The notes under the pieces: model-generated
Databases searched by the model: none
What the model saw: only the letters and a program-made list of their open reading frames with translations
What the model was told of the DNA's origin: nothing
In this document: piece by piece, positions 1 to 10,425 of the stretch
How the letters are laid out: every line of letters begins with the position of its first letter
How positions within the stretch are numbered: position 1 is the stretch's first letter
Assembly: GCA_965207845.1 (NCBI GenBank)
Contig: CBDBNU010000002.1
Coordinates: forward strand, 805,129 to 869,128
Reading direction: 5' to 3'
DNA length: 64,000 nucleotides
From: Dehalococcoidia bacterium
GTDB lineage: Bacteria; Chloroflexota; Dehalococcoidia; Lucifugimonadales; GCA-2712585
Translations under genes and position numbers: made by a program

Positions 1-2
1 AA

Positions 3-1169
3 GGTCTGCCCCCTGCGGCCGGGCCGTGGGAGGGACTGTACAAGTACAACTTCGTAACGGGACACGGGGACCCGGACCTGATTCCGGTTGAGGGTTTCAT
101 CGAGTCGGTGACGAAGGCCTTGGAGGATAATGGCCGAAACCTGGCCGTGTACTATTCCGATGGCGGGCCTTTGGGGAATCTGGCCCTCCGGGAGTATTTG
201 GTCAAGAAGCTGAAGAGTCACAGGGGAATCGACGTGTCGGTGGATGAGGTGATGATCTGCTCCGGCTCTACCCAGTGCATCCTGCTGATTAACGATACTC
301 TATTGGAGCCGGGCGACGTGGTACTCACGGAGCTGTTCACCTATTCCGGGGCAGTGAACAACGCAAAGAATAGCGGGGCGCGCATTGTCGGGGTCCCGAT
401 GGACGATGACGGGATGAAGACGGACGAGCTCGAGCGAATTCTGACGGAATTGCGTGAGGAGGGGATCAAGCCGAAGTACATCTACACAATACCCACGTGT
501 CAGAACCCAACGGGCACCAACCTGCCTATGGAGCGGCGTCTAGAGATGCTGCGCATAAGCCAGGAATTCGGCGTTCCCATCTTTGAAGACGAGTGCTATG
601 CGGACCTGATCTTCGAAGGGGAGTGGGAGAACGCCATTCGGTCCCTGGACGACACGAATCACGTGCTCCATATCGGGTCTTTCTCCAAGTCGTTGGCGCC
701 GGGGGTCAGGATCGGTTACATCGTTGCGCCACGGGATGTTATCAACCAGATTGTGGTGAGCAAGATTGACGTGGGCACCAACATGGTGACGCCGATGATG
801 ATTGCCGGATTCCTGGAGAACAACTACGAAGAGCACATTGAAACTGTGCGGGACATGCTTCACCGGAAGAAGGACGTGCTGGTGGCGTCCATGCGGGAGC
901 ACTTCGGCCCCACCGTTGAATTCTATGAGCCAAGGGGCGGAATGGTGATGTGGTTCAAGTTCCCTGAAGGGGTGGATACTATGAAGCCCCTGGAGGCGGC
1001 CAAGAAGCGTGGGCTGATTTACAACCCCGGCGTAGAATGGACGGCGGACCCGGATAACCACGGGTCGAACTACATTCGGATTTGCTACGGGCTGCCCACG
1101 GAGCAGGAGCTGCGGGAAGGGGTTGAGGTGTTGTCGCAGGTATTTCAGGAGGAGTTGGGAGAGCTGTAG
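3..1169 (+). CDS. PLP-dependent aminotransferase (class I, MocR/ARO8-like), 5'-truncated by the window
   Basis: Frame is open from nt 3. Motifs YTIPTCQNPTG, EDECY and GSFSKSLAPGVRIG (PLP lysine). Confidence 0.85.
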   Translation, partial: GLPPAAGPWEGLYKYNFVTGHGDPDLIPVEGFIESVTKALEDNGRNLAVYYSDGGPLGNLALREYLVKKLKSHRGIDVSVDEVMICSGSTQCILLINDTLLEPGDVVLTELFTYSGAVNNAKNSGARIVGVPMDDDGMKTDELERILTELREEGIKPKYIYTIPTCQNPTGTNLPMERRLEMLRISQEFGVPIFEDECYADLIFEGEWENAIRSLDDTNHVLHIGSFSKSLAPGVRIGYIVAPRDVINQIVVSKIDVGTNMVTPMMIAGFLENNYEEHIETVRDMLHRKKDVLVASMREHFGPTVEFYEPRGGMVMWFKFPEGVDTMKPLEAAKKRGLIYNPGVEWTADPDNHGSNYIRICYGLPTEQELREGVEVLSQVFQEELGEL

Positions 1170-1573
1170 TCCGCTTTTCCAAAGTGTTCGATGTTCGTTC
1201 CTCGACCACTTGCGGCGTAGAAGACCCCGGTTAGGTCGAAAGCGCCATGGGCCAGGACTATTGCGGGGGGATTCGTAGGATTTCGTCTCCCTTCCGAGGC
1301 GGGAGATTCACCTTGACATGGAGCGAATTTCTTGGCTAGAATTTTCTTATAGTCCAGCGGTGTTAAACCAGCCAAGTAAAGTAAGAAAGTCTCTGAAAAG
1401 GCACTACTATCTTTATTCTGAAACTGGCAATTCGTTGAAATCTTCATTCAGACAAAGCATCATCATTGAAACCATAATTACGCAGGCCTTGGGCATAATT
1501 TGCCCAGGGTGAAGAGAGACCGCCCAGGGGCATCTAGCAGGATGCCCCTAATTTTATCCTTTGACTCGGAGGG

Positions 1574-2614
1574 TTGTTGATGTCCCCAAACGGGGAGAAG
1601 TATCCATCCAGCACTAAGGCCCTTCCAACTCATCGTCGGTTGGGCCTGGGCGACGACCAGCTGCTCGATTTCTACGCGCAGATGGTTCTGGCTCGCATAA
1701 TGGACGACCGGCTCATCGCCCTGAACCGGCAGGGCAAGGTGCCGTTGGTGGCGTCTTGCCAGGGTTCGGAGGCGGCTTCGATGGCGCTGGGCCTGGCCGC
1801 CAAGATGGATGGCGATTGCTTCCTGTTTCCCTATTACCGGGACATGCCAATGAAGCTGGTGATGGGCATCACTCCAATGGAGACCATGATTGGACACATT
1901 GGAAAGGACGGCAACACCTTCAACGGGGGCCGTCAGTTTTTGCTCCAGGGGGCCTCTCCACATCATCCGATCATCCACCTGTCCAACGTGGTGGGTTCCA
2001 ATCTGAGCCAGGCAGTCGGCTATGCCATGGGATGCAGGGCATTGGGGGAGGATACCGTGGTCTTTGTGTGCTTTGGCGACGGGGGGTCGAGTGAGGGTGA
2101 ATGCCACGAGGCGATGAACTTCGCCGGCGTTCACAAGCTGCCCGTGGTTTTCTGCTGCTATAACAACCGGCTGGCCATCTCCGTGCCCCAGGAGAAGCAG
2201 ATGGCCATTGAGAATCTGGCCGACCGGGCAGAGGGTTACGGCTTTCCGGGACTGATTGTGGACGGAACGGATGTGATGGAGGTCTATCGGACTGCCAAGG
2301 AGGCCATAGACCGGGCGCGCGACCCCTCGGGCGGGCCCACTTTCCTGGAGTTGAAGGTGGAGCGGCTGAAGCCCCACACTTCCGACGATGACGACACCCG
2401 CTATCGCACTGCGAAGGATATGGAGGACTCGCAACGCCGCGACCCACTGTTGCGGCTGAGCGCATACCTTGAGGAGCTCGGAATTCTTACACCGGCCCAC
2501 GATGAGCAGATATTTCAGGAGTCGAGGGCCGAGGTCAACAGGGTGACGGACGCTGCCGAGAATGCTCCGTGGCCCGATGCTTCCAATCTCTATGGTCACC
2601 TCTACGCGCCTTAG
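1574..2614 (+). CDS. 2-oxoacid (probably branched-chain) dehydrogenase E1 alpha
   Basis: TPP motif GDGGSSEGE...NN, plus PYYRD and PHTSDDD. First gene of an E1a-E1b-E2-lipB run. Confidence 0.9.
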   Translation: MLMSPNGEKYPSSTKALPTHRRLGLGDDQLLDFYAQMVLARIMDDRLIALNRQGKVPLVASCQGSEAASMALGLAAKMDGDCFLFPYYRDMPMKLVMGITPMETMIGHIGKDGNTFNGGRQFLLQGASPHHPIIHLSNVVGSNLSQAVGYAMGCRALGEDTVVFVCFGDGGSSEGECHEAMNFAGVHKLPVVFCCYNNRLAISVPQEKQMAIENLADRAEGYGFPGLIVDGTDVMEVYRTAKEAIDRARDPSGGPTFLELKVERLKPHTSDDDDTRYRTAKDMEDSQRRDPLLRLSAYLEELGILTPAHDEQIFQESRAEVNRVTDAAENAPWPDASNLYGHLYAP

Positions 2615-2623
2615 GCCGCCTCC

Positions 2624-3607
2624 ATGAGCGTCAAATCGACTATAGAAGCGATCCGGGAGGCCATGCGGGAGGAGCTCTTAACAGACCCGCGGGTGATGGT
2701 TCTGGGAGAGGACGTGGGTATCCGGGGCGGTGTATTCCTGGCTACGCAGAACTTCATTGAGGAGTTCGGCGAGGAGCGTATCATCGACACTCCGCTGGCC
2801 GAATGCTCCATTGCCGGAATTTCGCTGGGGCTAGCGATGAGGGGTCTTCGGCCAATTGCGGAGATCCAGTTTTCCGATTTCTGGTGGTATGCGGCGAACC
2901 AACTGGTCGGAGAGGCTTCTCGGGTGCACTACGGAACGAACGGCTATCTGTCGGCTCCGATGGTGGTGCGAATACCCTACGGCGGTGGCGTGAGGGGGGG
3001 TCTGTTTCATTCGCAATATATTGAAAGTTACCTGTACAACACCCCGGGTCTCAAGGTAATTGCGCCGTCCAATCCGTACGACGCCAAGGGCCTGCTGAAG
3101 TCAGCCATAAGGGACGACAATCCTGTGATCTTCCTGGAGCACAAGAAGACGTACAGGGCAGTGCGGGGCGAAGTGCCGGACACGAGCTATACCATCCCCA
3201 TCGGCAGGGCGGAAGTGAAACGCCCCGGAACGGACATCACCCTAATCAGCTACGGCCTGGCCATCCACTACGGGATGGAGGCAGCTACCCTGCTGGAGGA
3301 TGAGGACGTGAGCGTGGAGGTGCTGGACCTGCGCACCCTTCGTCCGATGGACAACGAAACCATCCTGGAATCCGTGAAGCGAACGGGAAAGGCGCTTATT
3401 GTCCACGAGGCCAGCATCACGGGCGGTGTGGGGGCGGAAGTCGCCGCCATCATAGCCGAGGAGGCCTTCGAGTATCTGGACGCGCCTGTGATGAGGCTCT
3501 GCGGCCCGGACCTGCCGGCCATGGCCTTCGCGCCCACTATGGAAGACAGTTTCATGGTCAATACCCAGAAGATTTCCGACGCCCTGCTGAAGCTGGCGGC
3601 CTACTAG
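2624..3607 (+). CDS. 2-oxoacid dehydrogenase E1 beta
   Basis: GEDVG, DTPLAE, EIQFSDF, PVIFLEHK. Confidence 0.92.
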   Translation: MSVKSTIEAIREAMREELLTDPRVMVLGEDVGIRGGVFLATQNFIEEFGEERIIDTPLAECSIAGISLGLAMRGLRPIAEIQFSDFWWYAANQLVGEASRVHYGTNGYLSAPMVVRIPYGGGVRGGLFHSQYIESYLYNTPGLKVIAPSNPYDAKGLLKSAIRDDNPVIFLEHKKTYRAVRGEVPDTSYTIPIGRAEVKRPGTDITLISYGLAIHYGMEAATLLEDEDVSVEVLDLRTLRPMDNETILESVKRTGKALIVHEASITGGVGAEVAAIIAEEAFEYLDAPVMRLCGPDLPAMAFAPTMEDSFMVNTQKISDALLKLAAY

Positions 3608-3617
3608 AGGTTTACGA

Positions 3618-4895
3618 ATGCCAATTGTACCGATTGAACTACCCCAAGTCGGCGAATCCGTGGTGGAAGGCATAATCGAGAAGTGGCTCAAGCAGCCCGG
3701 TGACCAGGTGGAGAAGTACGATCCGCTGGTTGAGGTGGTGACCGACAAGGTGAACATGGAAATGCCTGCTCCCTATAGTGGCACTCTCACGCGAATTCTG
3801 GCCGGGGAGGGAGAGACCATTCCGGTTGGTGGGGTGATCGCGGAAATGGACACCGAGGATGAGGGCGCCACCGAGGGGGGGCCGTCCCAGCCGCCCCAGG
3901 TCAGCGAGACTATTATGAGCACCATGGGTGTGCTGGTGGAGAGCAACGTGAGCCTAGGGCCCACCGGTTCGCTGGCGCCGGAACAAGCGCCCGCACCGGT
4001 GCCCGCGCCTGCATCGCAGCGTCGGGCGGTTTACTCGCCGGTGGTGATGCGGCTGGCCGCGGAACACAACGTGGATCTGAGCCGGGTGGTGGGCACGGGC
4101 ATCAATGGACGGGTTACCAAGAAGGATGTCCTGAAGCACCTAGAAGCGGCTCCGGCAACACCGGCGCCAGTCGCTGCTGTTGCGCCCGTCCCGTCCGGCG
4201 CGGAAGAAACGGTGATTGTACCAACGGCCAAGCGTCGCATTATTGCCCAGAACATGGTCAAGAGCGCCACGCAGATCCCCCACGCCTGGGCCTTAATGGA
4301 GGTTGACGTAACCGGGCTGGTTGAACTCAGGCAGGCAGTTAGGGAGAGGTTCAAGCAGCTGGGTCAGGACATTACTATCTTTCCCTTCATAATCAACGCC
4401 GTTGCCCAGTCCTTGCGGGAGAATCCCCATCTAAACGCAACTTGGCGAGACGACAAGATAGTCCTCAAGAATCGCATAAACATTGGCGTAGCAGTTTCTG
4501 CGCCGAGCGGGCTTGTGGTTCCCGTAATACGGGATGCGGACACTCTATCCGTCACAGCTGCTAACACGCAGCTTCGCACCCTGGCCGAAAATGCCCGCAG
4601 AGACAACCTTATGTTGGAGCAGGTGCAAGGTGGGACGTTCACATTGAATAACACCGGCGCCCTTGGGACAACGGTGTCCAGTCCCATCATCAACTATCCT
4701 CAGGCGGCCATTCTCAGCACGGAGGCGGTTGTGCAACGGCCTGTCATCATCAACAATGCCATTGCCATTCGTTCGATGATGAACCTGTGTATGTCCTTTG
4801 ACCACCGAATTGTTGACGGCGCAGAGGCCTCTGCCTTTTTGAATGGGGTGAAGGACCGGCTGGAAGCTATCGGCCCCGAAACTCCCGTCTCATAA
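3618..4895 (+). CDS. Dihydrolipoamide acyltransferase E2
   Basis: Lipoyl domain EVVTDKV, peripheral subunit-binding motif GTGINGRVTKKD, catalytic DHRIVDG. Confidence 0.93.
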   Translation: MPIVPIELPQVGESVVEGIIEKWLKQPGDQVEKYDPLVEVVTDKVNMEMPAPYSGTLTRILAGEGETIPVGGVIAEMDTEDEGATEGGPSQPPQVSETIMSTMGVLVESNVSLGPTGSLAPEQAPAPVPAPASQRRAVYSPVVMRLAAEHNVDLSRVVGTGINGRVTKKDVLKHLEAAPATPAPVAAVAPVPSGAEETVIVPTAKRRIIAQNMVKSATQIPHAWALMEVDVTGLVELRQAVRERFKQLGQDITIFPFIINAVAQSLRENPHLNATWRDDKIVLKNRINIGVAVSAPSGLVVPVIRDADTLSVTAANTQLRTLAENARRDNLMLEQVQGGTFTLNNTGALGTTVSSPIINYPQAAILSTEAVVQRPVIINNAIAIRSMMNLCMSFDHRIVDGAEASAFLNGVKDRLEAIGPETPVS

Positions 4896-4901
4896 CGAGC
4901 G

Positions 4902-5600
4902 GTGAAATCCTGCCGAGTAGTGAACCTGGGTCTTGTGGACTATCTACGAGCCTGGGACATTCAGAAGACCCTCGTGGAGAGGGTCGCCGAGGGATCCGCA
5001 CCCAACACCTTGCTGATGCTTGAGCATCCTCACACTTACACCATTGGACGTCGGGGGCGGCGGGAGGACGTGCTTTTGGGCGATGAGGAGCTTGTTCGGT
5101 TGGGAGCGTCGGTGCACGACGTGGACCGGGGGGGTGAGGCCACCTACCACGGGCCGGGACAGGTGGTGGCATATCCCATAGTCGACATACGTCCGTTGGG
5201 TGGGCCGTTGAAATTCGTCCGCGCGCTGGAGCAGGTGATGATCAGCACGCTGGCTGACTATGGGATAGCTGCGGAGGCCAAAGCGGGTTGGACGGGGGTG
5301 TGGGTGGGGGAGGAGAAGATCGGGGCGATTGGCTTGAAGGTGAGCCGGGGCGTTGCCAGTCATGGACTTTCGCTGAATGTGAACCCGGACCTTGACTACT
5401 ACGGGCACGTGATTCCTTGCGGTATGCTTGATATTTCGGTTACGTCGATGGAGCTGCTGTTGGGCGAATCCGTGGACATGGAGGGGGTGGGGTACACGCT
5501 CCAGTACCACTTTGGGCGGCTGATGGGGTTGAAGATGGTGGAGGTGGGTGTAGGTGATGCGCTGGTTGGGACGGTTGCGAAGGCTGACGTCTCAGCATAG
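4902..5600 (+). CDS. lipB: Lipoyl(octanoyl) transferase
   Basis: EHPHTYTIG, DRGGEATYHGPGQ, KIGAIG, IPCG. Confidence 0.93.
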   Translation: MKSCRVVNLGLVDYLRAWDIQKTLVERVAEGSAPNTLLMLEHPHTYTIGRRGRREDVLLGDEELVRLGASVHDVDRGGEATYHGPGQVVAYPIVDIRPLGGPLKFVRALEQVMISTLADYGIAAEAKAGWTGVWVGEEKIGAIGLKVSRGVASHGLSLNVNPDLDYYGHVIPCGMLDISVTSMELLLGESVDMEGVGYTLQYHFGRLMGLKMVEVGVGDALVGTVAKADVSA

Positions 5601-5651
5601 GCGTCAGCCCGATTGGCGGTCACCTATCTTCAACAGGGAGCGGGCCTGGCG

Positions 5652-6941
5652 CTAGTTCAAGAGGTTGGGGACGATTTCGCCGAGTACCCAGCCGAGGCCG
5701 GCTGCCGCGGCACCTATGACGAGGATCTCGAGGCCCTGGAGGAGGGGCGAGCGTTGGACCAAGCGGCCCTTGCCCATGCCCAGCGCAAACAGGGCGGCCA
5801 GGGTGGCTCCGGCGGAGATTCCGATGGCGACGTTGCCGCCCATGAAGAAGTAGGGGATGATGGGAACCATTGCCGCGAGAATGAAGGTGCCGCCCATCGT
5901 CACAGCGTCCTTGACGGGGCTGACGGCAAGGTCGGGGTCGATTCCGAGTTCTTTCTCAACCAGGGTGCGCAGCCAGAGTTCTTTGTCGGAGGCTATGTGC
6001 TCCGCCATTTCCCTTGCTTCGTGGTAGCTGAGACCCTGCTGGTGGTATAGGAAGACCAGCTCCGCCATTTCTTCCGCGGGGTTTTCTTCCAGTTCCTTTG
6101 CTTCCTTTTCGATTTCTGCCTGGAAGACTTCCCGCTCCGCTTTGGAACCGAGATAGGTGCCTGTGCCCATGGAGATCATGCCGGCCAGGGCACCGGCGAG
6201 ACCGGCGATGACGACGGTGCTCTTGTCGGTGACCGCTGCGGAGACGGCTGTCACAAGGGCGAGGGTGCTTATGAGGCCGTCCTGGGCACCGAACACCACC
6301 TCACGGATGCGACCAAAGGCCGCGACTCGCCAGCGTTCGGTTGCAACCTCCTGCACGGCTTGGGGAAATTCGCTCTCGGCCCTCATGATGTGAGCGGCGT
6401 CGTGATGCTCCTCCCGATCCGCCACCGCCACGGCCGATTCTATCGGGGCGTCATCGTGAAATATGGGAGGGGCCAGAATGGGTTTGTCTATGTCCTCCAT
6501 GCGTTGCAGCTTCGCGACGAGGTCGTCGGTAGCTTTCATGAAGCTCTCTAGGTGGTGCCGTTCCCTATCCATTGCGACAGTGAAGGCGCGGGCGGCGTCG
6601 CGTCGACCCTCGTCCAGGGCTTCGCGAATCATCCGGGGATAGCGGCTGGTAATCTCCTTAGCCTCGCCGCTGGTAACTTCCTTCAGATTTTCGAGGGACG
6701 TCTTAATGGCTCCCGCCGTTCGCAGGTGGTTCATGCCGTGGATGTTCTCTGCTCCCGCGGTCTCCTGGAATATCTGGGCAATCTCGGGGTGGCCCTCTTC
6801 CAAGGCCTTGACGGCGTAGGCGTTGTATTTGAGCAACGCCATGGCCTCGCCGATTATGGCGTTCCACAGATTCCTGTCGGTCTTGCTCATAACTCCATCA
6901 GCATAGGACATGACTTCCTCCCAGCCATTTCGTGTTACCAA
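5652..6941 (-). CDS. Rubrerythrin/ferritin-like domain fused to a VIT1/CCC1 transporter
   Basis: N-terminal GE...Y...AENIH...ERHH diiron-type motifs. C-terminal GAQDGL and ISMGTGTYL with TM helices. Confidence 0.8.
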   Translation of the reverse strand: MVTRNGWEEVMSYADGVMSKTDRNLWNAIIGEAMALLKYNAYAVKALEEGHPEIAQIFQETAGAENIHGMNHLRTAGAIKTSLENLKEVTSGEAKEITSRYPRMIREALDEGRRDAARAFTVAMDRERHHLESFMKATDDLVAKLQRMEDIDKPILAPPIFHDDAPIESAVAVADREEHHDAAHIMRAESEFPQAVQEVATERWRVAAFGRIREVVFGAQDGLISTLALVTAVSAAVTDKSTVVIAGLAGALAGMISMGTGTYLGSKAEREVFQAEIEKEAKELEENPAEEMAELVFLYHQQGLSYHEAREMAEHIASDKELWLRTLVEKELGIDPDLAVSPVKDAVTMGGTFILAAMVPIIPYFFMGGNVAIGISAGATLAALFALGMGKGRLVQRSPLLQGLEILVIGAAAAGLGWVLGEIVPNLLN

Positions 6942-7042
6942 AGTCCGGATACTACTTTAGCATATTCGGAAGTCCCGGCCTTCAAGAGGGAGGGAATTGC
7001 GGTATAATGGCGCCACTACGACATAGGGGAGGAAGCGACTTA

Positions 7043-7855
7043 ATGCGGAAAAGAAGTCTTGCCGGCCTGGAGGTCAGCGCCATTGGAATGGGGAGTGCGC
7101 AGACGTTTGACGTGCATTCCCGCGAGGACGTGGAAGTTCGACGTCAGATCATGAATAAGTGCCTGGAGAAGGGAGTCACCTTCATTGACACCTCCCCCAT
7201 GTATGGGCGGGCGGAACAGGTATTGGGCGAAACGATGGACGGTATGGTTGACAAGTTTCAGCTGGCGACGAAGGTGTGGAGTTCCGGCAAGGAGACGGGG
7301 CGGGCCCAGATTGAGCGATCCTTCAAGCTCTTGAGGACGGACTACATCCACCTGTTTCAGATCCACAATCTGGTGGACTGGCAGACCCATCTGCCCTACC
7401 TGGAACAGCTGAAGTCGGAGGGGCGCATCGGTTCAATCGGGATTACGTACGGCTATCCGGACATGTTCCCGGAGATGATGAAGATCATGAAGACGCGTAG
7501 GGTGGACGCCATCCAGATTTCCTACAACATCCAGGACCGGGCGGTGGAGGATGAGATTTTGCCGTTGGCGGAGAGCCTTGGGATGGGGGTGGTGGTAATG
7601 AGGCCTACGGGCAAGGGGCTGCTGGCGACGGGTTTGAAGCAACAGCCGGACTTGGGGCCGCTGCAGGAATTCGGGATACGGACGTGGGGGCAAGCGGCGC
7701 TGGCGTGGCTGTTGGCGGATTCGAGGGTTTCTGTGCCGATTCCCGCTACGACCAAGCCGAGTCGGATAGTTGAGAATGCCCTGCCGGGGGAGATACCCCC
7801 GCTTCCGCCGGAGCTGCGGACTTACATTGAGAAAGAGACGGAACGCTGCTCGTAG
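7043..7855 (+). CDS. Aldo/keto reductase
   Basis: FIDTSPMYG, LATKV, QISYNI. Start moved to ATG 7043, which follows GGAGG. Confidence 0.88.
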   Translation: MRKRSLAGLEVSAIGMGSAQTFDVHSREDVEVRRQIMNKCLEKGVTFIDTSPMYGRAEQVLGETMDGMVDKFQLATKVWSSGKETGRAQIERSFKLLRTDYIHLFQIHNLVDWQTHLPYLEQLKSEGRIGSIGITYGYPDMFPEMMKIMKTRRVDAIQISYNIQDRAVEDEILPLAESLGMGVVVMRPTGKGLLATGLKQQPDLGPLQEFGIRTWGQAALAWLLADSRVSVPIPATTKPSRIVENALPGEIPPLPPELRTYIEKETERCS

Positions 7856-7900
7856 AAGGGCTGACGACCGTTCAGGAAGATTATCATTGGGAGGAAGATA

Positions 7901-8719
7901 TTGAATAAGAGAATGCTTGCAAGCCTGGAGGTGCCCGCCATCGGAATGGGCAGCGCCAGTACATTCGACGTGGAGGATGAGGATGGGCTGGGGGTGCGGC
8001 GTCAGATTATCGACAACTGCATAGAGTCGGGTTCCACTTTCATTGATACCTCGCCGATGTATGGGCGGGCGGAGCAGTGTCTGGGGGTGTCGATGGAGGG
8101 GAAGACGGACCAGTTTCAGTTTGCTACCAAGGTCTGGGCGGTTGGACGAGAGACTGGGCAGCGACAGATAGCCCGCTCTTTCGACCTGTTGAAGACTGAC
8201 CACATCGAGGTGTTCCAGATTCACAACATGGTGGACTGGAAGACGCATCTGCCCTACCTGGAGGGGCTGAGGGATGGGGGGAAGATCGATTTGATTGGGG
8301 TTACGTATACGTACCCGCCCGGATTTCCAGAGATGATGGAGATTATGAAGACGGGGCGGATTCAGACCATCCAGATTTCGTACAACGCTTTGGAGCGGGA
8401 GGCGGAGGAGGAGATGCTGCCATTGGCGGAGGAGCTGGGGATTGGCGTGATTGTGATGCGGCCCCTGGGTTCGGGCGCTCTCGCCAAGGATTTGAAGGAG
8501 CAGCCGGACTTGACGCCGCTAGCGGAATTCGGGATAACGACGTGGCCGCAGGCGTTGCTGGCGTGGGTGCTCGCGGACCCGCGAATCGGGATTCTGATAC
8601 CTTCCAGCACGCGGCCTGAGCGGATACTTCAGAATGCTGTGGCGGGGACGTTGCCGACGCTGCCGACGGAGTTGCGGGACCACATCGCGAGCGAGGCTGA
8701 TCGCTGCTTTAGCGGCTAG
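7901..8719 (+). CDS. Aldo/keto reductase (tandem paralog)
   Basis: Same motifs, colinear with the upstream AKR. Confidence 0.88.
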   Translation: MNKRMLASLEVPAIGMGSASTFDVEDEDGLGVRRQIIDNCIESGSTFIDTSPMYGRAEQCLGVSMEGKTDQFQFATKVWAVGRETGQRQIARSFDLLKTDHIEVFQIHNMVDWKTHLPYLEGLRDGGKIDLIGVTYTYPPGFPEMMEIMKTGRIQTIQISYNALEREAEEEMLPLAEELGIGVIVMRPLGSGALAKDLKEQPDLTPLAEFGITTWPQALLAWVLADPRIGILIPSSTRPERILQNAVAGTLPTLPTELRDHIASEADRCFSG

Positions 8720-9072
8720 ACTTTGGTGGGAGGAGGTTCGTCGAACCTTTCCCCCCGCCGCTCGGCTTCCAAGCGACGCTCATTCCAATCCTTGACCTTT
8801 TTGGCCAGCAGTTCTACGCCTTTTTCCATCCCTTCGTCGTATCGTCTTTTGAGATATCGTTCTGCCAGCATATAGATTGCCTCCACTGCCATCGTTGTGG
8901 TTGTCGCGCTGACGACCACGGCGTACGGCATCAATAATATAACTTCTACAATTCGATTGGGCCAGATTGCGGAATTCGGCCCGACGTAGTCAATTGCGAG
9001 TGCAAGTCCTACGAAGAATTGAATGCTGAAGAGTAGAAGAAACCAACCTTCGCTATGCCTTGGAAGCTGCAC
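8716..9072 (-). CDS. Hypothetical membrane protein
   Basis: Two hydrophobic segments and a charged tail ending FDEPPP. Confidence 0.6.
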   Translation of the reverse strand: MQLPRHSEGWFLLLFSIQFFVGLALAIDYVGPNSAIWPNRIVEVILLMPYAVVVSATTTTMAVEAIYMLAERYLKRRYDEGMEKGVELLAKKVKDWNERRLEAERRGERFDEPPPTKV

Positions 9073-9231
9073 CTGGAATTATGCAGATCCGGTTGAATCC
9101 GAGAATTTCTGGCGAGGTGGGAGTCGCCCTTCTTCATAGTACGTCTATTCTATTGAAGAAGAGGCGAGATGTCAAGAACCTTGGCACTAGTTTTTGTATT
9201 TCGTGGGCGGGATACGGGCGAGGTGTGTCGG

Positions 9232-10116
9232 TTAGAGGAGGGTGCGGCCGAGGGTCATCCAGTAGTAGACGATGTAGCAGCCAGCGATGATCATGAATAC
9301 AGCGCTGACGGGCTGGACGTATGGCTGCACCTTGCGGAGGAAGCGGACTATCAGTTCCTTGAAGATGGCCATGCTGACGGTCATGAGGATGATGACGAGG
9401 CCCATGCCCAGGGCGTATAGGATGAACTGGCCGATGCTGGTGAGGATGCTGGTGCCCGCGAGGGAGACGCCGATGACGGAGAGGAAGATTGGGAGGGTGC
9501 AGCTGAGGGAGGCGATACCGTAGCTGAGGCCGAAGAGGAAGAACTCCTTGGTGCTGACCTGGCCCGGGGTGCCGATGCGGGCGGCGGTCTGGCTGGCGAA
9601 GGCGGAGTAGAGTTTGCCGCCACCAAGCAGCCACGAGCCGACGGCCACCAGCAGGATGCCGATGCTGAGTCCAATCCAGGGAATGAAGTCGATGATGGCA
9701 CGAGTGCCCGCGCTGACGATGGTGCCTGAGATGCCGAAGAGGATGACAAAGCCGGATGTGACGATGAGTCCAACGAGGAGGGCGCGGTAGATCTTCTTTG
9801 GCATACCGGCCTGGGGGTCGTTGGACCCGACGTAGAGGCCGAGGTATGCGGGGAGCATGGCGAAGCCGCAGGGGTTGACGGTGGAGACCATGCCGGCGAC
9901 GAAGGGGAGGCCGAGGGGCAGCAGGTTACCCACCCGGTCGAGGCCGGAGCTGGAACGCCCTGAGAGTCCTTCGACGAAATTGTTGATGAAGCCGATGTTT
10001 TCGGCTCCGGTGGCGAGGGCGGCCATGAAGGCGGCAAAGAGGGCGAGGGCGCCGACAAGGAAGGCGAGTCCGTAGCTTTTGTAGGGTCTGGCTTTCTGTA
10101 CGAGGGTGTTCATCAT
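9232..10116 (-). CDS. ccdA: Cytochrome c biogenesis CcdA/DsbD-like membrane protein
   Basis: NPCGFAMLPAY and SLSCTLP redox cysteines, multiple TM helices. Confidence 0.82.
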   Translation of the reverse strand: MMNTLVQKARPYKSYGLAFLVGALALFAAFMAALATGAENIGFINNFVEGLSGRSSSGLDRVGNLLPLGLPFVAGMVSTVNPCGFAMLPAYLGLYVGSNDPQAGMPKKIYRALLVGLIVTSGFVILFGISGTIVSAGTRAIIDFIPWIGLSIGILLVAVGSWLLGGGKLYSAFASQTAARIGTPGQVSTKEFFLFGLSYGIASLSCTLPIFLSVIGVSLAGTSILTSIGQFILYALGMGLVIILMTVSMAIFKELIVRFLRKVQPYVQPVSAVFMIIAGCYIVYYWMTLGRTLL

Positions 10117-10425
10117 GGCTGTGTTGCTGTGCCTCGGCGGGGTATGGGCTGGATTTTATCGCCTTTGGAAATCTGGGGCAACAGGAGGAACTGCTTTGCC
10201 TTGGGGTCTGCATGTGATACGTCGGATTGGTGTGAGGGGATTTGTTGGGGAAGGTGGTGTGGGTTAGGAGGAGAGGATGTGGGGGAGGGAACGGTTTGGG
10301 CTTTCATGTACTATTATCGTGTAGGGGGAGACAGGTTAAACGCCGAATTTTCGGGATTGGGGGTTGAGTGAGATGATGAGCGGCAGCGGCCCTCTTTGCC
10401 TAGATTTTCATGCTAGGGAATATCC

